NCBI GenBank assembly: GCA_013265495.1
Contig: MU062133.1
Span: 5,037,819-5,101,818 of the forward strand
Source of the DNA: Vicugna vicugna
Taxonomy: Eukaryota
Reading direction: 5' to 3'
DNA length: 64,000 nucleotides
The position numbers were made by a program, and so were the translations under genes. The notes under the pieces were generated by a model. The model was given only the letters and a program-made list of their open reading frames with translations, made no database searches and had not been told where the DNA came from. Positions 12,501 to 26,500 of the stretch are shown here, piece after piece. Each line of letters starts with the position of its first letter. The first letter of the stretch is position 1.

Positions 12501-14552
12501 CTCCCGCCACACCTACCCCCACTACTGTCCTGGAAACACTCTCATTACTCCCACTTGTCTGTTTCTACACCTTTCTTCCAGTTTTTCCTCCAGTATATTT
12601 CTAACAGCTCCGGGTCATTTCATCAGTCCTCTAGAGCAGCCGTAGGCAAACCAGGGCCCACGGGCCAAATCTGGCCCACAGCCAATTTTTGCAAATAAAG
12701 TTTTATTAAAACAGAGCCATGCTTTATTGTCATTCCCTCAGGAACGGACTGTGGCTACTTTTGTGTTGTAATGTCAGAGTTGAGCGGCTGCAACAAAGAC
12801 AGGAAGGCCCATAAGCCTAAAATATTTATTATCTGGCTCTTCACAGAAAAGTTTGCCAGCACCTGATCTATTGTCCCTAAATTCTCTTACAGTTTCTTTA
12901 TAAAGGGCATCACTAGCCTCTTCTATCGATGGGAACACACTGTCTTCTGAAGCAGCTAGTTTAACCTTGGCCCGCTCTGACCGCTGGATCTTTTTCTGTC
13001 TGCTGAGCTGGAAATTGCTTCCTTAGGATTTCAGTTCCTTGGGTCTAGGCACACACTTTGAGAAGACAGAGAAGTTGATGCTTCTTCAACCTGAGAGTCT
13101 TCAGAAGCCCTTTCTTCTTTAAACACTGGTTCAAGTTCATTCAACTGCTCCCTCTGAGTCTTAGCTCCACCTTCTCTCAAGATCATGGCTATTATTCCGC
13201 CAAAGTATTTCAGCTTTTCTGTTTAACTCTTCAAATGTGGCATTCAGGTGTGGCAAAAGCTGAGTAAAGCATGACCACCCCCTTCCTCATTCTAGGTATA
13301 TTACATTGATAAGGGAACCTCGCGTGGCTTTGCTGTCAGGGGAGTGGTTATATCATACGGATGGTCACACTTGAGCCCACTGCCAGTCAGACTTGATTTT
13401 AGTTTTGCTTCTGCAAAGCCATCCTCTACTGATAGATTTTTTTTAAGTTTAAGAACAGGTTATGTTTGGTTTTTATTGTATTTTACTCTATCAATTTTTA
13501 TGCATGCTTTGAGACAATCAAGTTCTTTTTGGGTTAGCAGATAACCTGCATTTTCCAACTTTTCTGCCCTTCAGAAATGTGATCAGACACAGGAGAACTG
13601 TTAAGAGTCAGACTTAGCTGAGAAAAAACCACAGGGATGTCCCTTGGCAGAGACATTAAATGTGTCAATAAACGCCGAGGGAGAAACTCTGAGGTGGATT
13701 GAAAGAAATGGTCGTGGCGGGTGCTGTACACGAATGGCTTCTGAGAACACACAGCGATGGATGTGGGACAGTTTCCAACACGCTGAGTTTTTCCTGTTAC
13801 TTTCTCAAAAGCCACAAGAGAGCTTCATACATGGGACATGAAAACCATAAAAACGTACTCACCTAGCCTTATGGAAAACTCATAAAATCTCTTTAGTCTC
13901 ACGACCAAAGGACACACTGCATTCCAAGCTTTTTCTTGAAGCTGAATGTCGTTGGGATTTTGAATGGCCTGCAGAAACATGACAGAGTTGTCTGTTTTTA
14001 ATAAGGAACAGGGTCCACATCAAAATGACTTCAGATTGAGAGAGAATTCTAGCTAAAAAAATGTACTTCCCGACGTTCGCTGACAACGTGCACTTCTTAA
14101 ATTGACATCAGTTCATCGGAGTGTCCTCCGAGATGCTCAATTAAACCGGTGATTTTAGCACTTGAGCATAATGCAAATGGCTCTGCGATTAGATACTGTG
14201 TCATCTTACTTGTTTCTCTTATCTTCAATGCAAAATAAAAATGCACGTCTAATTGGAAGCAATTCAGTCTTCCTCCATCCCCATTTAAGTCTTCTGCAGG
14301 AGAGCTCGTGCTCATTATCAAGTGCAGATTCTTCCTTTCTCTATAATGTGCATGATATTCTGCCGGTCTGTGCTAGGACCTAAATTACCTGAATTAAATG
14401 GTGACCCCTAAGTAGAAAACCAGCCTCTAATAGGCTGTTAACTTTCTTAGAAGTGCTGTTTTGTCTGGGTTTCAGCACTTTGAAGATTATGATACTAGTG
14501 GTGTTTTATTTTTTTTTATTCCTCAGAGAATGGTGGGCGTGGTGGCATGAGG

Positions 14553-14589
<37 letters not shown>

Positions 14590-17500
14590 CTGATACGTCC
14601 ATAAAATTAATTACTTCAAACAAAACGAGTGTGAAGTTTCTTGCCTTTAAGGCATCATGAAGTCTCAAAAGCCACACCGACAATTTTCTCTTTTTGTTTT
14701 AGTTGCTTTTGCGTGTGTGCATTTATTTTTTTTTAATCTCATATGTCATTTCAAGATGACAGACCTGCAGGCTACTTAAAGTGAGGTCAGTTAAGGCTCT
14801 TGTTGGTGATACTGGTGGAACCTGCCCAAATTATTATAAAATATTGAAAAGTCCATGTAAGCCCAGACCTCAGGACTCATATTTCAACTGTTGTTCAGAG
14901 ATTTTTATATGTATATTTCCCTTATATGAAATGTAACATATGGACAAATTATGGTTTAAATGTGAGTCCTGCAACATCGAATTTATGTCAGAGAAGAGAA
15001 TGGCTAACACTTTACACAGTTTACAGCACTGTGTGCTCAGACTGATGCAGTAGAATAAAAGGGACCATTCATACATCTTTTAAGGACACATTACCCTCCT
15101 TGTTCTTCCTCGTACGCTAGGAAATACTAAGGCTACCACTTGATTTTGCTGTGTGTGTACATGCGTGGGCTTCCCTTCTCCACCAGGGGTGTTATCAGCT
15201 CAGTTTTATTATTGGCATACGTCTCGGATCTCTGGTCCCGCTCCCTTGTAAGCCTGCAGGTCTGCGAGGATGCTCTCGGAATCCTGGAGGACAGCGCTGA
15301 TCTGGTTCCATATTTCCCGCTCTCCTTCTGTGGGCTGGGCATCTAAACAGATGGGAAACCAAAAGACACAGAGGGCTCGTGTTTATCAACAGCCTGGGAA
15401 GAAGTGAAGCGCCCAGCTCAACCTGCTGGAGAATTCTGCGTTACTCCTACAGGTTTGGTATTTACCCTTTAACGTAATAAGGTGCAAAAGAAGGGAAAAC
15501 TGACATAACTTCTGCCCATTACTCAGTTCTAAGTGGTCATCAATATTTCACACACTTCCAGCACAGCGTGTTGGAATCACTGTAGCACTCTTTTATTTAT
15601 TTGTGCAGGACACTTTTTTTGTACATCTACAACGTGCCAAGTGGTACCCTGGGTGATGGAAAGAGAGAACATTATCTTTTGGGGTCCGCTTTTAAGAGAA
15701 ACTATTGAATATTTCTGTTACAACTGAAAATCTGTGAATCTGAGTACAGATGAAAAGATAGCCCCCCTTCTATTTCCATATTAAAAAGGCTTAAAATATC
15801 AGGTAATCCTTCAGAGCCACGGCAGAGATGTCTGTTTCTAGAACACAATGATTATGTAGAAAGCTTTGGGATTTCTCTTTGAACGTGAGCTCAAGAAGTA
15901 CAAGGAGTTCATTTTAAGGACATCTGTACTGTGCATCCTTGGTCTGAACCATAAATGCTATCTACAAAAAATAAGTAACACATTCAAGCTTAAATAATGA
16001 AGAACATTCTAACAGCCACAGAGACATCCCCATTGCTCCTCAGCACATTCTACTTGATTCTGTATCTGGAGCCAATGTGTGTTCTTGTCTGCAGGAGTAT
16101 TTTGTGGGCGCTGGTGGGTGCAAGTTGAAAGGTGGTAAAGATTGGGTTTTGTTTATCTCACAATACCTATCAAATAAATAGGTTTCCTGCCTGTAGTAAG
16201 AAAATTAATCTCCATCTAAAACAAAGGCACTAGAGAAAGGCGAGAGATGCCATCTCTTAAAAATCTGTTTTCAAAAACCCAAGTCCTAAGGCGCTGAATT
16301 CTCTCAGCAGACCTCATTACCAAGCGGCAGGATGGAGTTACACCTGGTGTAACACTCCCCAGATCAAACCCCAGTTTTGACTCATCTTGGTGGGGACTGG
16401 ACAATACAGCATTCACCAAACAGGTGCCATCTAAGCGAGACATCGGCCATGCCGACTGGGTCTTCAGAAAGGCTGAATATCAGAGCAGGGGTCGGGCTGG
16501 TTGCAGGTGCTCCTGCTTCAGCCGCCATCTGCTGGACCTACCCTAATGCAAGGCCAGACCCTTGAGAAGTGATGCCCCTGGAGATTTTCAGACCGTTTCA
16601 CTTTCCAGGTCCCACTAAGACCTAAGAAATTGGTAGAGGTGCTTGGGAAATGAAGGGTAAAATTCATCAGTGTGTGCTCATTCTCTTTAGAAGAAAAGAA
16701 ATCATAGGCCCTCAGAGATTATTCAGAAACTCTGCAGACTGTTTCTTTTGGGAATGAGATGGATTTCAACGAGTGGCTGAGGAGGGACTAATGTACATGT
16801 GCACCGGGGTGGGAGAAGGGAAAGATGAGTGTGGTCTCGGAGAAGTGGAAACTGCTTTATGTCAGGGCTGAGACTTGAGAGCTGGCCGGCGGGAGGGCGG
16901 AAGGGAGCGCAGCCAGGAGGAGCGTGGGGAAGGCCAGGCAGCTGGGGAGAGCACGGCTGGGCCTGGACGAGGAAAGAGACCCGCCAGGTGAGAACAGAGA
17001 TCTAGCCTGAGAAGCAGAAGGAGAAAAAGAAAAAAGTGTTCCTCCTTTATCCTCTGCTACCCTGCCCCTGTTTCCCCCAAACTTGGTAAGTTTTCTCAGG
17101 TACAATGTGAGTCACAATATACTTTATATGTCATCTTTTCCCGCTGTCCCTGACTTTTCTCAAAGCAAGATGGCGTCTTACACATACACCTAAAACCCAC
17201 ACGCCAGGAAGCCTGCAACTGAGGAAAGGATTTCCATGGAACAGAATTTTAGGGTAACACTGGCAACTTCCAAGGAAGAAGAAAGTCAGGCAAGAGGCCC
17301 TGTGACAAACATGCAAAGATCCTAGAAAGCAAATTAAAAAAATCAAACACTCTTGACTCAAATCCTTTCCGCTTTGGACAAATGTATCAAAAACTCTCAG
17401 ACTGAACATGAGGACAGTTTCCTAGAGAGAGACATATTTGAGGAGAAGGAAGAGAAAAACAGATTGTGTGACCGAGATTCTGAGGGATAAGTCCATTTGA

Positions 17501-20500
17501 GTGTAATTACAGAGCGGTATGCAAAGAAGAAGGCACTTGGAGATCAGAAAAACAAGCCTCCTCATCTTGGCTGTCTCGAGGCTCCAGCTTAGCAAGTCAT
17601 CAGTTGGGTAAGTTTTCCACCAAACAGAATTAAAGCTAAGAGGTCCTAGACTGGGATTTCAAAATTGTAGAACAGATAAACAAGATTATACTGTACAGCA
17701 CAGGGAAATATATACAAGATCTTGTGGTAACTCACGGAGAAAAAAATGTGACAATGAATATATGTATGTTCATGTATAACTGAAAAATTGTGCTCTACCC
17801 TGGAATTTGATACAACATTGTAAAATGATTATAAATCAATAAAAAATGTTAAAAAAAAAGCTAAGCGGTCTAGAAGAAGCGTGCTGAAAAAAAACACACA
17901 AAAGATTATTTTGACGATTACTTAAACACAAAAGGAAAAAGAATTCAAACTCAGTCTTTGAAAATAGAGGCCTTTCTTAAGTGCGTCAAATGTAAGACAG
18001 TTTCCGGTGGGGTGGCCTAAAGGTGGTGCTGGCCACAGACAGGCAAGTTTCTCTCCCCATCCTGGGCAAAGTGACACTCTTGAATGTAAATCCACCCCGA
18101 CGTCCGTGTGACCACAAAGGGCTGGATGAGTAACGCGGAGGGTGAGATCACTTCTCTCTCAGAGGTGGCAGCACGAGTCCCTTCTGTCCTGCAGTAACTC
18201 TCTCCTGCCAGCCAGCGTGATTTGCGACACAGGACCCTCAGTCCCCACCCTCCGTCCCTGGGAAAACGTTTCTTTTGGCAGATATCCTAGTGTCCTACTG
18301 GAAATGTTTCTCATGTGGCCCCATTTGGCAGGGGCGGGGTTGGGGGGCGGTGGGAGAAATCCAAGCCAGCTTTCCTTCTTTCATTCGGACTTAGAAATGT
18401 GTTGGCTCATTTTCTTCCATAATTTGTTAGGCTTATTGCCCACCCTTGTGTTTTCCTCCTTCCTCTGTCATGGAACTGAAGTCATCTTTCCTTCCAGCTA
18501 ATAATTACGCCCTGGTGCCGGCAGCACAGGCCCTGCCTTCTGGGCCAGGCAGTGTCAGACTCCCAGAGGACTCAACACACGAGCAGCATCAACTTCCAAG
18601 GCGGAGCGTGGCAACCAAGAGAATCTCTGGCCTGTCTGTGCCTTTTTTCAAATGGGAAAAGGACTGTGTAACCCCAAGGGACGCTGGTATTGGCTCATAT
18701 CCCTAAGTTCATGATTCATCCCACTTTGATCCCCTAGCTAAATCATCAGACAGTTAGGGCTAATTAATGAGAATCTGGTCCATTGACTCATCTGTTTCAT
18801 GTGCCATTAAATCTCTAGGACCTAGGCTGGCACGTAGTAGATGCCAGTAGAAAAATGTGCTGCACAGTTGAAACAAATATTTTAAATATACTTCTCATGT
18901 TGTTCTGTGGTGGTTTTTCTGCTTGTCTTTGAATTCTGAGATCTCTGCAGACAGGGTCTGTGTTCTTGTCCTCAGGGCTCCCGTATCCCTTACCAATCGG
19001 AGACACTTACGAGTCACGACTCAATAAACGAGGAAACTGACCAGGTGGCGGAGACCGTGGGTGTTGGAAGATCCTATTACTTCTAGGTCCGCTCCCCTGT
19101 CTCTTCTCCCCGAATGGCTTTTATACAGTTACATGTCTCACCGTTACCATGAAGATAACACACGTCTACCTGCAGCCAGATTGGCTATTCGCACTTCCAT
19201 TAGCGCTTGTGTTTTTAAATTGTCCATCATTTATCTACGCCCTCCGTGTCCCCTCGGTGTGGTTAGCACGCTGCTAGAATACTTGATGAGTGAGAAACTG
19301 CATTTGATGTTTGCTGTCCCAATTCTAAGGCTGTTATGATTTTGCTTTCTGGGAACAGTCCCTTGAGAGACTTTGGGGTCTACACTTTTGGCGTTCTCCA
19401 AATTCAGACTCAGCTGGCCACCAAGGCTTGAAATGTATTGTGTCTTCAGATGTCAAGAAGAGACATCTTGCAAAAAGACCTTGAAGAATTAGTGATTGAG
19501 AAGGTGACTATAGTTAACCTATCAGCACCCTCCTGGAGCATTTGCTGAGAGGACACGAACTCTGAATTACGGGTTTTATTTTCCTATTTTTAACACAAAG
19601 ACATTTCGTCAAAGGTACACACACACACACACACACACACAGAAAGGCACGCTGATAATATTAATGATGGAGATGGGTCTTTATTTCCAGTTGCAGCCCG
19701 TGAATTCATTGGTGAGGTTTCTTCTAAGATTCACATTCTAAATTTCTAATCATCACCAGTTATTTCATCGAAATTGAGGAGAGTGGTTACAGAAAGGTGG
19801 GCTGCTCCTGTCTCACAATGTTAAACCCCCCTGTGATTTACACAGGCAATTTCAGAAACCAACACTTCCCAGAGGCCTGAGCAAGCCTATCCAGGCCTTT
19901 CCCCGGGTGATGATTTAAACCCCTATTCTGGACTTGCTATTGTGGAAAGTATGAAAATGTATCATGTGCACCGTGACCTTGAGCACATATATTTATTGTC
20001 AAGAACTTGCTGAATTCCAAGTGCTTAGAATTTTTAATGGAAAAATACCATCTTATCAATTAAGAGAGTTAAACAGTATTCATTTGGTTTACAGGGGGTC
20101 TGTTTATCCTCCTTTGGCTCAATTTGCTGGTGACGGTGGATACAAACTGTCAGCATTTTGGAGCACCGAGGTCAGGCGGAGGTTTCCCGGTGGAGGACTA
20201 GGATATTTACTGAAAGCAGAATGCTTGGCATTCCACTGCGGGGATGGGGAGGAAGGTGGCCGCAGGCTTTGTTTGTTAGGAAGGAACATCTCTGATGAAC
20301 AGACCCCAGGGCTGTCAAATCAAAGCATCCTTATCTGTGTAAATCAGCCAAGGACACACTCCATCTTCACAAGCACCAGGAACACACCTACCTTCCCATA
20401 ACAACCTATTCAGGACCATGTGGAAAAGCCCGACAGAGAATCAAACAAATTAACTGAAGATAATGTGAGTAGAAGACACAATTTATTTGGAGATGTCTTT

Positions 20501-23500
20501 GGCTTTGAAGGAAGCCCTGGCATTTCATCAATATCCCTGTCTCCGCATCCCACTGGCCGCCGTACAAACACTGGAGAAAAGCTCCAGCAGGAAGGACTCG
20601 CCAAAGCCATAAATTAAACCCATAGCTTTCTTTTTCCCCCACCCACTTCCTCACTTCTCTAACCCCCTCCCCTTCAGGATAAACTGAGAAACATAAATAA
20701 CTATCTACTATTAACAATTGGGGATGTAAAGTGATAATGATTTATAACAGAATACTCTCTGCCTACAGAAACAACATAAAATTGCAAAGGCCCATTGGAA
20801 AGTGTAAGTGTGACTGGGCTGACATATTTATTTGTACAGGAACATTAGTCCTCCTATGCCAGACCCCTTTCCCAGTGGAACAATCAGACGAGGAATGGCA
20901 AAGAGCAGGGAGTGCCGAGATACTTCGAGCCTCGTTTATTTCACTCACGGGCAGTGGGACCCCTGTGATGTCACGGGGGAAAGGGGGACTCCAAGGATGC
21001 AGTTTTGGAGACGCAGGTTCTATGACCAGTTTTATCACTTACTGAATATGAGACCTCAAGGCAAGCCAATTAATCTCTCTGGGCCTCATACTAATTCTTA
21101 GTAAAGGGAGGGAAGCTAATAAGAGCACTGTCTCCTCCCTGTTATGGTCCTGCGGGGTCTACAGTCTGTAATGAGGACGTTGACAGATGAAAAGCACTTG
21201 AAAAGCAAAAGTGCTAGCAGTTTAAAGAATCTTGGTGAATGGATCCTTGCATTGGTGTAAACATATTGCTTCCCAGGTCTGCTTGGTTCCTTTGCTTTTT
21301 GTTTGTTTTTTGTTTCATTTGTAAAGTGACCAAAAACATCCCCTATTTTTCCTTTCTCCTCCCAAGATTATCTAGCCCTCTGTGAACTACCCTAGCAGAT
21401 GCGAGGGTACCAGAGAAGGAGAGATAAAAGAGGAGATCACTAGCAGCAAGAAGTAGCCTGGGTCCATAAAGAAATCCCAGATCGCCTAATCTGATAGCAG
21501 CCCCTCTTTGTTTTAAGGAGTAGGAGACTGTGGTCTTAACAGGTCAAAATACTCAGAGCCTTTCTGAGAGGACAATGGTTTGAAGGCTTTAGAATTTCCC
21601 TCTTAACACCTCCCCCTTCCTTTCCCATCAATCTCCACGATTACTTTTGGCATTCCTATTACGCCCATAAGGGTGGGTTTTTCTTATAAGAAAATCTTTT
21701 TTTTTTTCAGTTGCTATGTTCTAAGACACATGTCTTCAGCCCAGCCTAGAACTTGTACTTCTTTTGGCTAGCCTAACACTTGCTCTCTGTTCTAATATTA
21801 CAGACTTCTTCTCTGCTACCTGTACTATTGTCTCTTCAAAGTGTTTGCATCTGATCTTCCCAATCAAGTTACTCCTTGAAAAAGAGGTCATCTTCTTCTG
21901 ATGTTCCTGTATTTATGTGCCCTATATCATCCCTCCATGCTTCCCTGCCCCACCAAGACCCCACCTCTACTTCTGCTATTCCTGCCTGATGCCAGGATGC
22001 AGGAGACGCTCTGCAGATAGTTACTGAATTAGCATCAATAAAGAGATCGAAGTTCCTAAGCTTATATATTTCATGCTCAGGTCTCTGCCAGAAACTGAGT
22101 GAGACACACATAACAAAAGCCTAAGGTGCCACCCACATCCTTACCGCAGGGAAGTTCTTTAGGCTAATATGTTAAAAGGAATGGAGAACACTGGAAAGAC
22201 AAACTATGTCAGTAAATATAAAAGATCTATTAAGATTATAAATACAAACACACACATCTAAAAGACGATTGAGAGTTTAAAGTTGAAAAAAGATACTGCA
22301 ATGAGGAGTTGATAGCATATGTACGTACAGAGAAACAAAACACAGAACAAGGGCACAAAGGGTGGAAGGGTAGTGATTGGAAGTGTCCTGCGATAAGTTT
22401 CTTAAATGCTTCATGAAGTAAAGAATACATTTTGAAGGCAGATGGCAATAGTTAAAGATGTCTATTGTCATCTCTAAAGGAAGCACCAAGAAGCATAATT
22501 TTAAAAATCAGCAGAAAAGGCACAAGAGAATACTAAAAATTATGTGATTTATTCAAAAGGCAGGAAAAAGTTGAGAGAGAAACAAAAAGCAGATATAAAA
22601 AATGGAGATCAACACCAAGGTACACTCAAAGACAAGCATTAATTAAATGTATCTACAATAATTAAACATAGATGGACTAAACATGCCAGTTAAAAGGTAG
22701 ATATTATCAGCTTGGATGAAAAAGCTCAGGCCAACTATGTGCTGTTTACGAGAAAGAAACACACCATAAAGATAAAGGAAGATAGGATAGAGCAACGTGT
22801 ACCACTGCAAACACTAAGCACAAGAAAGCTGTTATGGTTGGTCAAAATATGACATGCTTAAGGGTATATTTAACAAAAAAATATGCAGGACCTCTAAAAA
22901 CTATAAAACACTGCTGAGTGCAATTAAAGAATATCTAAACAAATGGAAAGATGGACCACATTCATAGGTGGGAAGAATCAATATGGCCCAATGCCAATTC
23001 TCTCCAAACTGAGCTATAGATTTTACGTAATTATAATCAATATCTCAGCAAGAATTTTTGGTAGACATTAAGAGCTGATTATAAAAGACAAAATTATTTA
23101 GAAAAATAAAGCTCGAATAGTCAAAACATCTTGAGAAAGAACAAAGTTGAAAGACTTACTCTTCCTGACTTTAAGACTTATGAGTTGTTACGTTTTGGTA
23201 TTAATTCGTGAAATGTGAAAGGTTCAGAACTACGCCCACACATACTATAGTTAACCGATTTATGATAAGGGCATTAAAGCAATCCACTTGTGCTGGAATA
23301 ATTTCATATCACAAGAAAGACGAAATAAGCCCAACATCTCTCTCACAACACGTACAAAAATTAGCTCAGGATTGATCATTGATCTAAAGGTAAAGCTTAA
23401 AATTCCAAAGCTTTCCTGAGGAAGCATGGAATCTCTCTATGACTGTGGAACAGGCTGGGATTTCTTAAAATAGGCAGAGCATGCACTTACTATAAAAGGG

Positions 23501-26500
23501 AAAAAAATGATAAATCACACTTCATCAAAATTTAAAACTTCTGTTCATGGAAAGAAAAGAAGTCATGGGATGGAAAAAACAACAATAAAGAAAGATGTTA
23601 AGCGACTGAGTAGAAACGTAGCATAAACTGCAGAACTCACTGCAAAGGTCAAACAAACTAAATCAGATCTACACAACTGGAAAACCTAAGGACAGATGTG
23701 TCTAATTTTCTATTATATTCTGACCCAGCTTAATTATATCTATTTGACCCAGTTCAATTATATTCCATCACTGACTTCAAAAAGAATATTCAACACTCCA
23801 AGTAGAGGTGCCACATGCATTTAAGCTGTTGTTACATGCTCCTCAGCCTTCCCCCCGCCCTCCACTGCTCACTCCTTAACTCTTTGCAGTCCAGCCTCTG
23901 TACTCATAGCAAGAAATCCTGAATCTGCTGGGCAGCTAGCTGCCCAACTCGTCATCCCCTTTTCAAGCCTTATCCTTCTGGACCACTTTGAGCATTTGAA
24001 TCCACTTACCCTCTCTCCTTCTTGAATGTCTGTGCTCTCCTGCTGCTAATCTAGCCTGATCTATTCTGTTCCTTCACATGGTCAGCACCTGTTACTCGGG
24101 CTCATTCAGTGCCCTGAGCTCCGCGCTCAGTACAGGCTGAGCGCTGTCACCAAACCAAATGGGGCCCAGGCCCTGCCATCAGGAAATTCAGTTCAATAAG
24201 ATGTCCCGCTTCCTCTTCCATGCAGCCTCTCCCCCGGATCCTCTAACTACTCAGCCTCCCCTTAAGCATAAGCACATCTGAATTCCCATCCGCTCAGCTC
24301 TGGCCTGTTCCAGTTTCCCCTCAGGGATTTCAATTATTCTCTTTGGAAAACTTCTATGTCTGTAGGAAAAAAAAAAACCTCATTGTTTAAAGTCCATTTC
24401 AAATGCCGCCTTTGCAAGAAGACGGCTCTAATTCCGTCTACACTCATCTATTTCCTAAAATTAGATGCATGCTTTCTCCCTCTGCTAGTGGGCCACGCCA
24501 TGCCTCTCTTAAGCCCCTTATTTTATTTTGTCCTGAACTGTGTCCTACATCGTCCTCCACACCAGCCTGGGGCTTCACCGGGCAAAGCTTCCTCTTGTTT
24601 AGCTCTGTCTCCCGGATGCCACCTGGTTCACACGGATGCTCAGAACCATACTTGACATACTGTTACCGTACTGAGCAAAAATCTACAGACTAAAGGGAAA
24701 ATCATAACAACAGCAGGTCTTCCCCACCCTTCCAGCCCATCATCCTTTCTTGAAAGCCACCTTTAGGACGTAGCATTTGCAGGATTAAGAAACCAAATTA
24801 AAAAAAAAATTGTTTTTCATGACACGTCCTAGTTTGCAGATGATTAAGACTTCTCTCTCTAATCAGGAAGAGAGTCGTACTTCTTGGAAGCTGCCATTTG
24901 ATAAGACTTAAAGGAAGTGAAGCAGAGAAAGGCGGAAAGCCAAAGACATCTGTGTTCCCATCTGAGTCCCCCAGCATTCCCTGTGTGACTTTAGTCCAGT
25001 AATTTATCTTCTCAGTCTCAGTGAAATAATGTTAATCTTTTCCTTGGGATTGAGGGGCAAATAAATAGGATTTTATACATTTCTATAAATGTATAGTTTT
25101 ATATTTTCCTTAAATACTACAGTTGTGATCCTAGTAATGAACCACCAGACACGGGAAGCTAGTCCACACTTCCCCCTCTTGAGGAAATTATAGTATAGCT
25201 ACAAATGGAGTTTTGGTACCATAAGCCATCATCAAAATTTAAGATTTTTAAATGTTCTCTTTGGCCACTGTGACCTTTCTTTAAATAAGATATAAAGAAA
25301 ATGTCCAAAGTACAAGACTGAGCAGATCAGATCCTCGGGTTCTCAGAGAGGGAAAGAAAGGCCCCACTGCTACAGTGTGGGGGCAGGGGTTCCCCTGAGA
25401 TGTCACCTCCGAACTCTGATGCTCCAGAGAACACCAGTTGAAAACTACTGCTTTAAATCCTTACAGATTTTATTTTTATCACTTTAAAAGACTTTAAAAT
25501 TAGATTTGACAAAGAACTCAACACTATTCTTCACAGAGGCACGGAAAGCCAAAATTCAGGAACAGCTGGGTAGGCAAATGGGGCCAGTGAATTCTGGTAG
25601 GCATTGCAAGAAGCACGCATAGGTGTGTGGAGAATTCAGAGTTTCTAAAAAAGAAAAGGCATGTAACTCTTCTAGGTGTTTATATGTTGCCGAAGCGATG
25701 AGTGAAGACCACCATTTTGGTCTTTGTGGATGTTGAATGAAACAGTGTGAAGTGCAAATGTTAAGAAACGGAAAGGACCAATTGAAAAGGCAAGTAGTAA
25801 AATTAGGATGTTGGAATAATAGGTAATTTATTTTATAATAATTCTTTACAGTTATTAATAAATCTTTCTTTTAAAAACAAAACCAACAAAGATATGTGTT
25901 TTGTAGAGGAGTAGCAAAGGTTACAGCAGTTAAAAAAGCCCATTCTTTTTGAAGTATCAAATCAATTCTGGCTCTTGAACTCCCAGTTGTATCCTTACCA
26001 AACCCAATCAGGCCTAGCCAAACCCAACCAAACCCAGCCAAGCCCAACGGAGCCCAACCAAACCCAACCATACCCAGCCACGGCCAACCGAGCCCAACCA
26101 AACCCAGCCAAACCCAGCCAAGCTCAACCAAAACCAACCACACCCAGTCAAACCCAGCCAAACAACAAGAACAAAAACAGCAAAATGAGTTAAATCAGAA
26201 ATGAGATCTCTTTCATTAAATATAATCTATAGTAAAAATTTTTTTCCGAATGCATGAGCTTTGGGGACACTTTCCTTTTCACGTAAGTATTTTAGATATA
26301 TCATAGATTCTAAAAATGATACATCTAGCAAACTTTCACCTTTTGGTCTGCTGTATCTTGGAAGGGTCTTCTAGCATTTACTTAGAAAATCTCTGTGAAA
26401 AGTTTTAGTCTACATGTAAAGAAGTTCTAATTTATTTTTAATATAAATCAAATACTTGAAATATTCAAGTTTAAAGCAGATTACAGTTTGCAACAGATTG

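Noticed and set aside
26001-26160. CRISPR-like or telomeric array
   Set aside because: No unique spacers, eukaryotic context, and the unit is not TTAGGG.
25871-26193. ORFs with repetitive WLGLVG / PSQTQP peptides
   Set aside because: Translation artefacts of the 10-bp tandem repeat.
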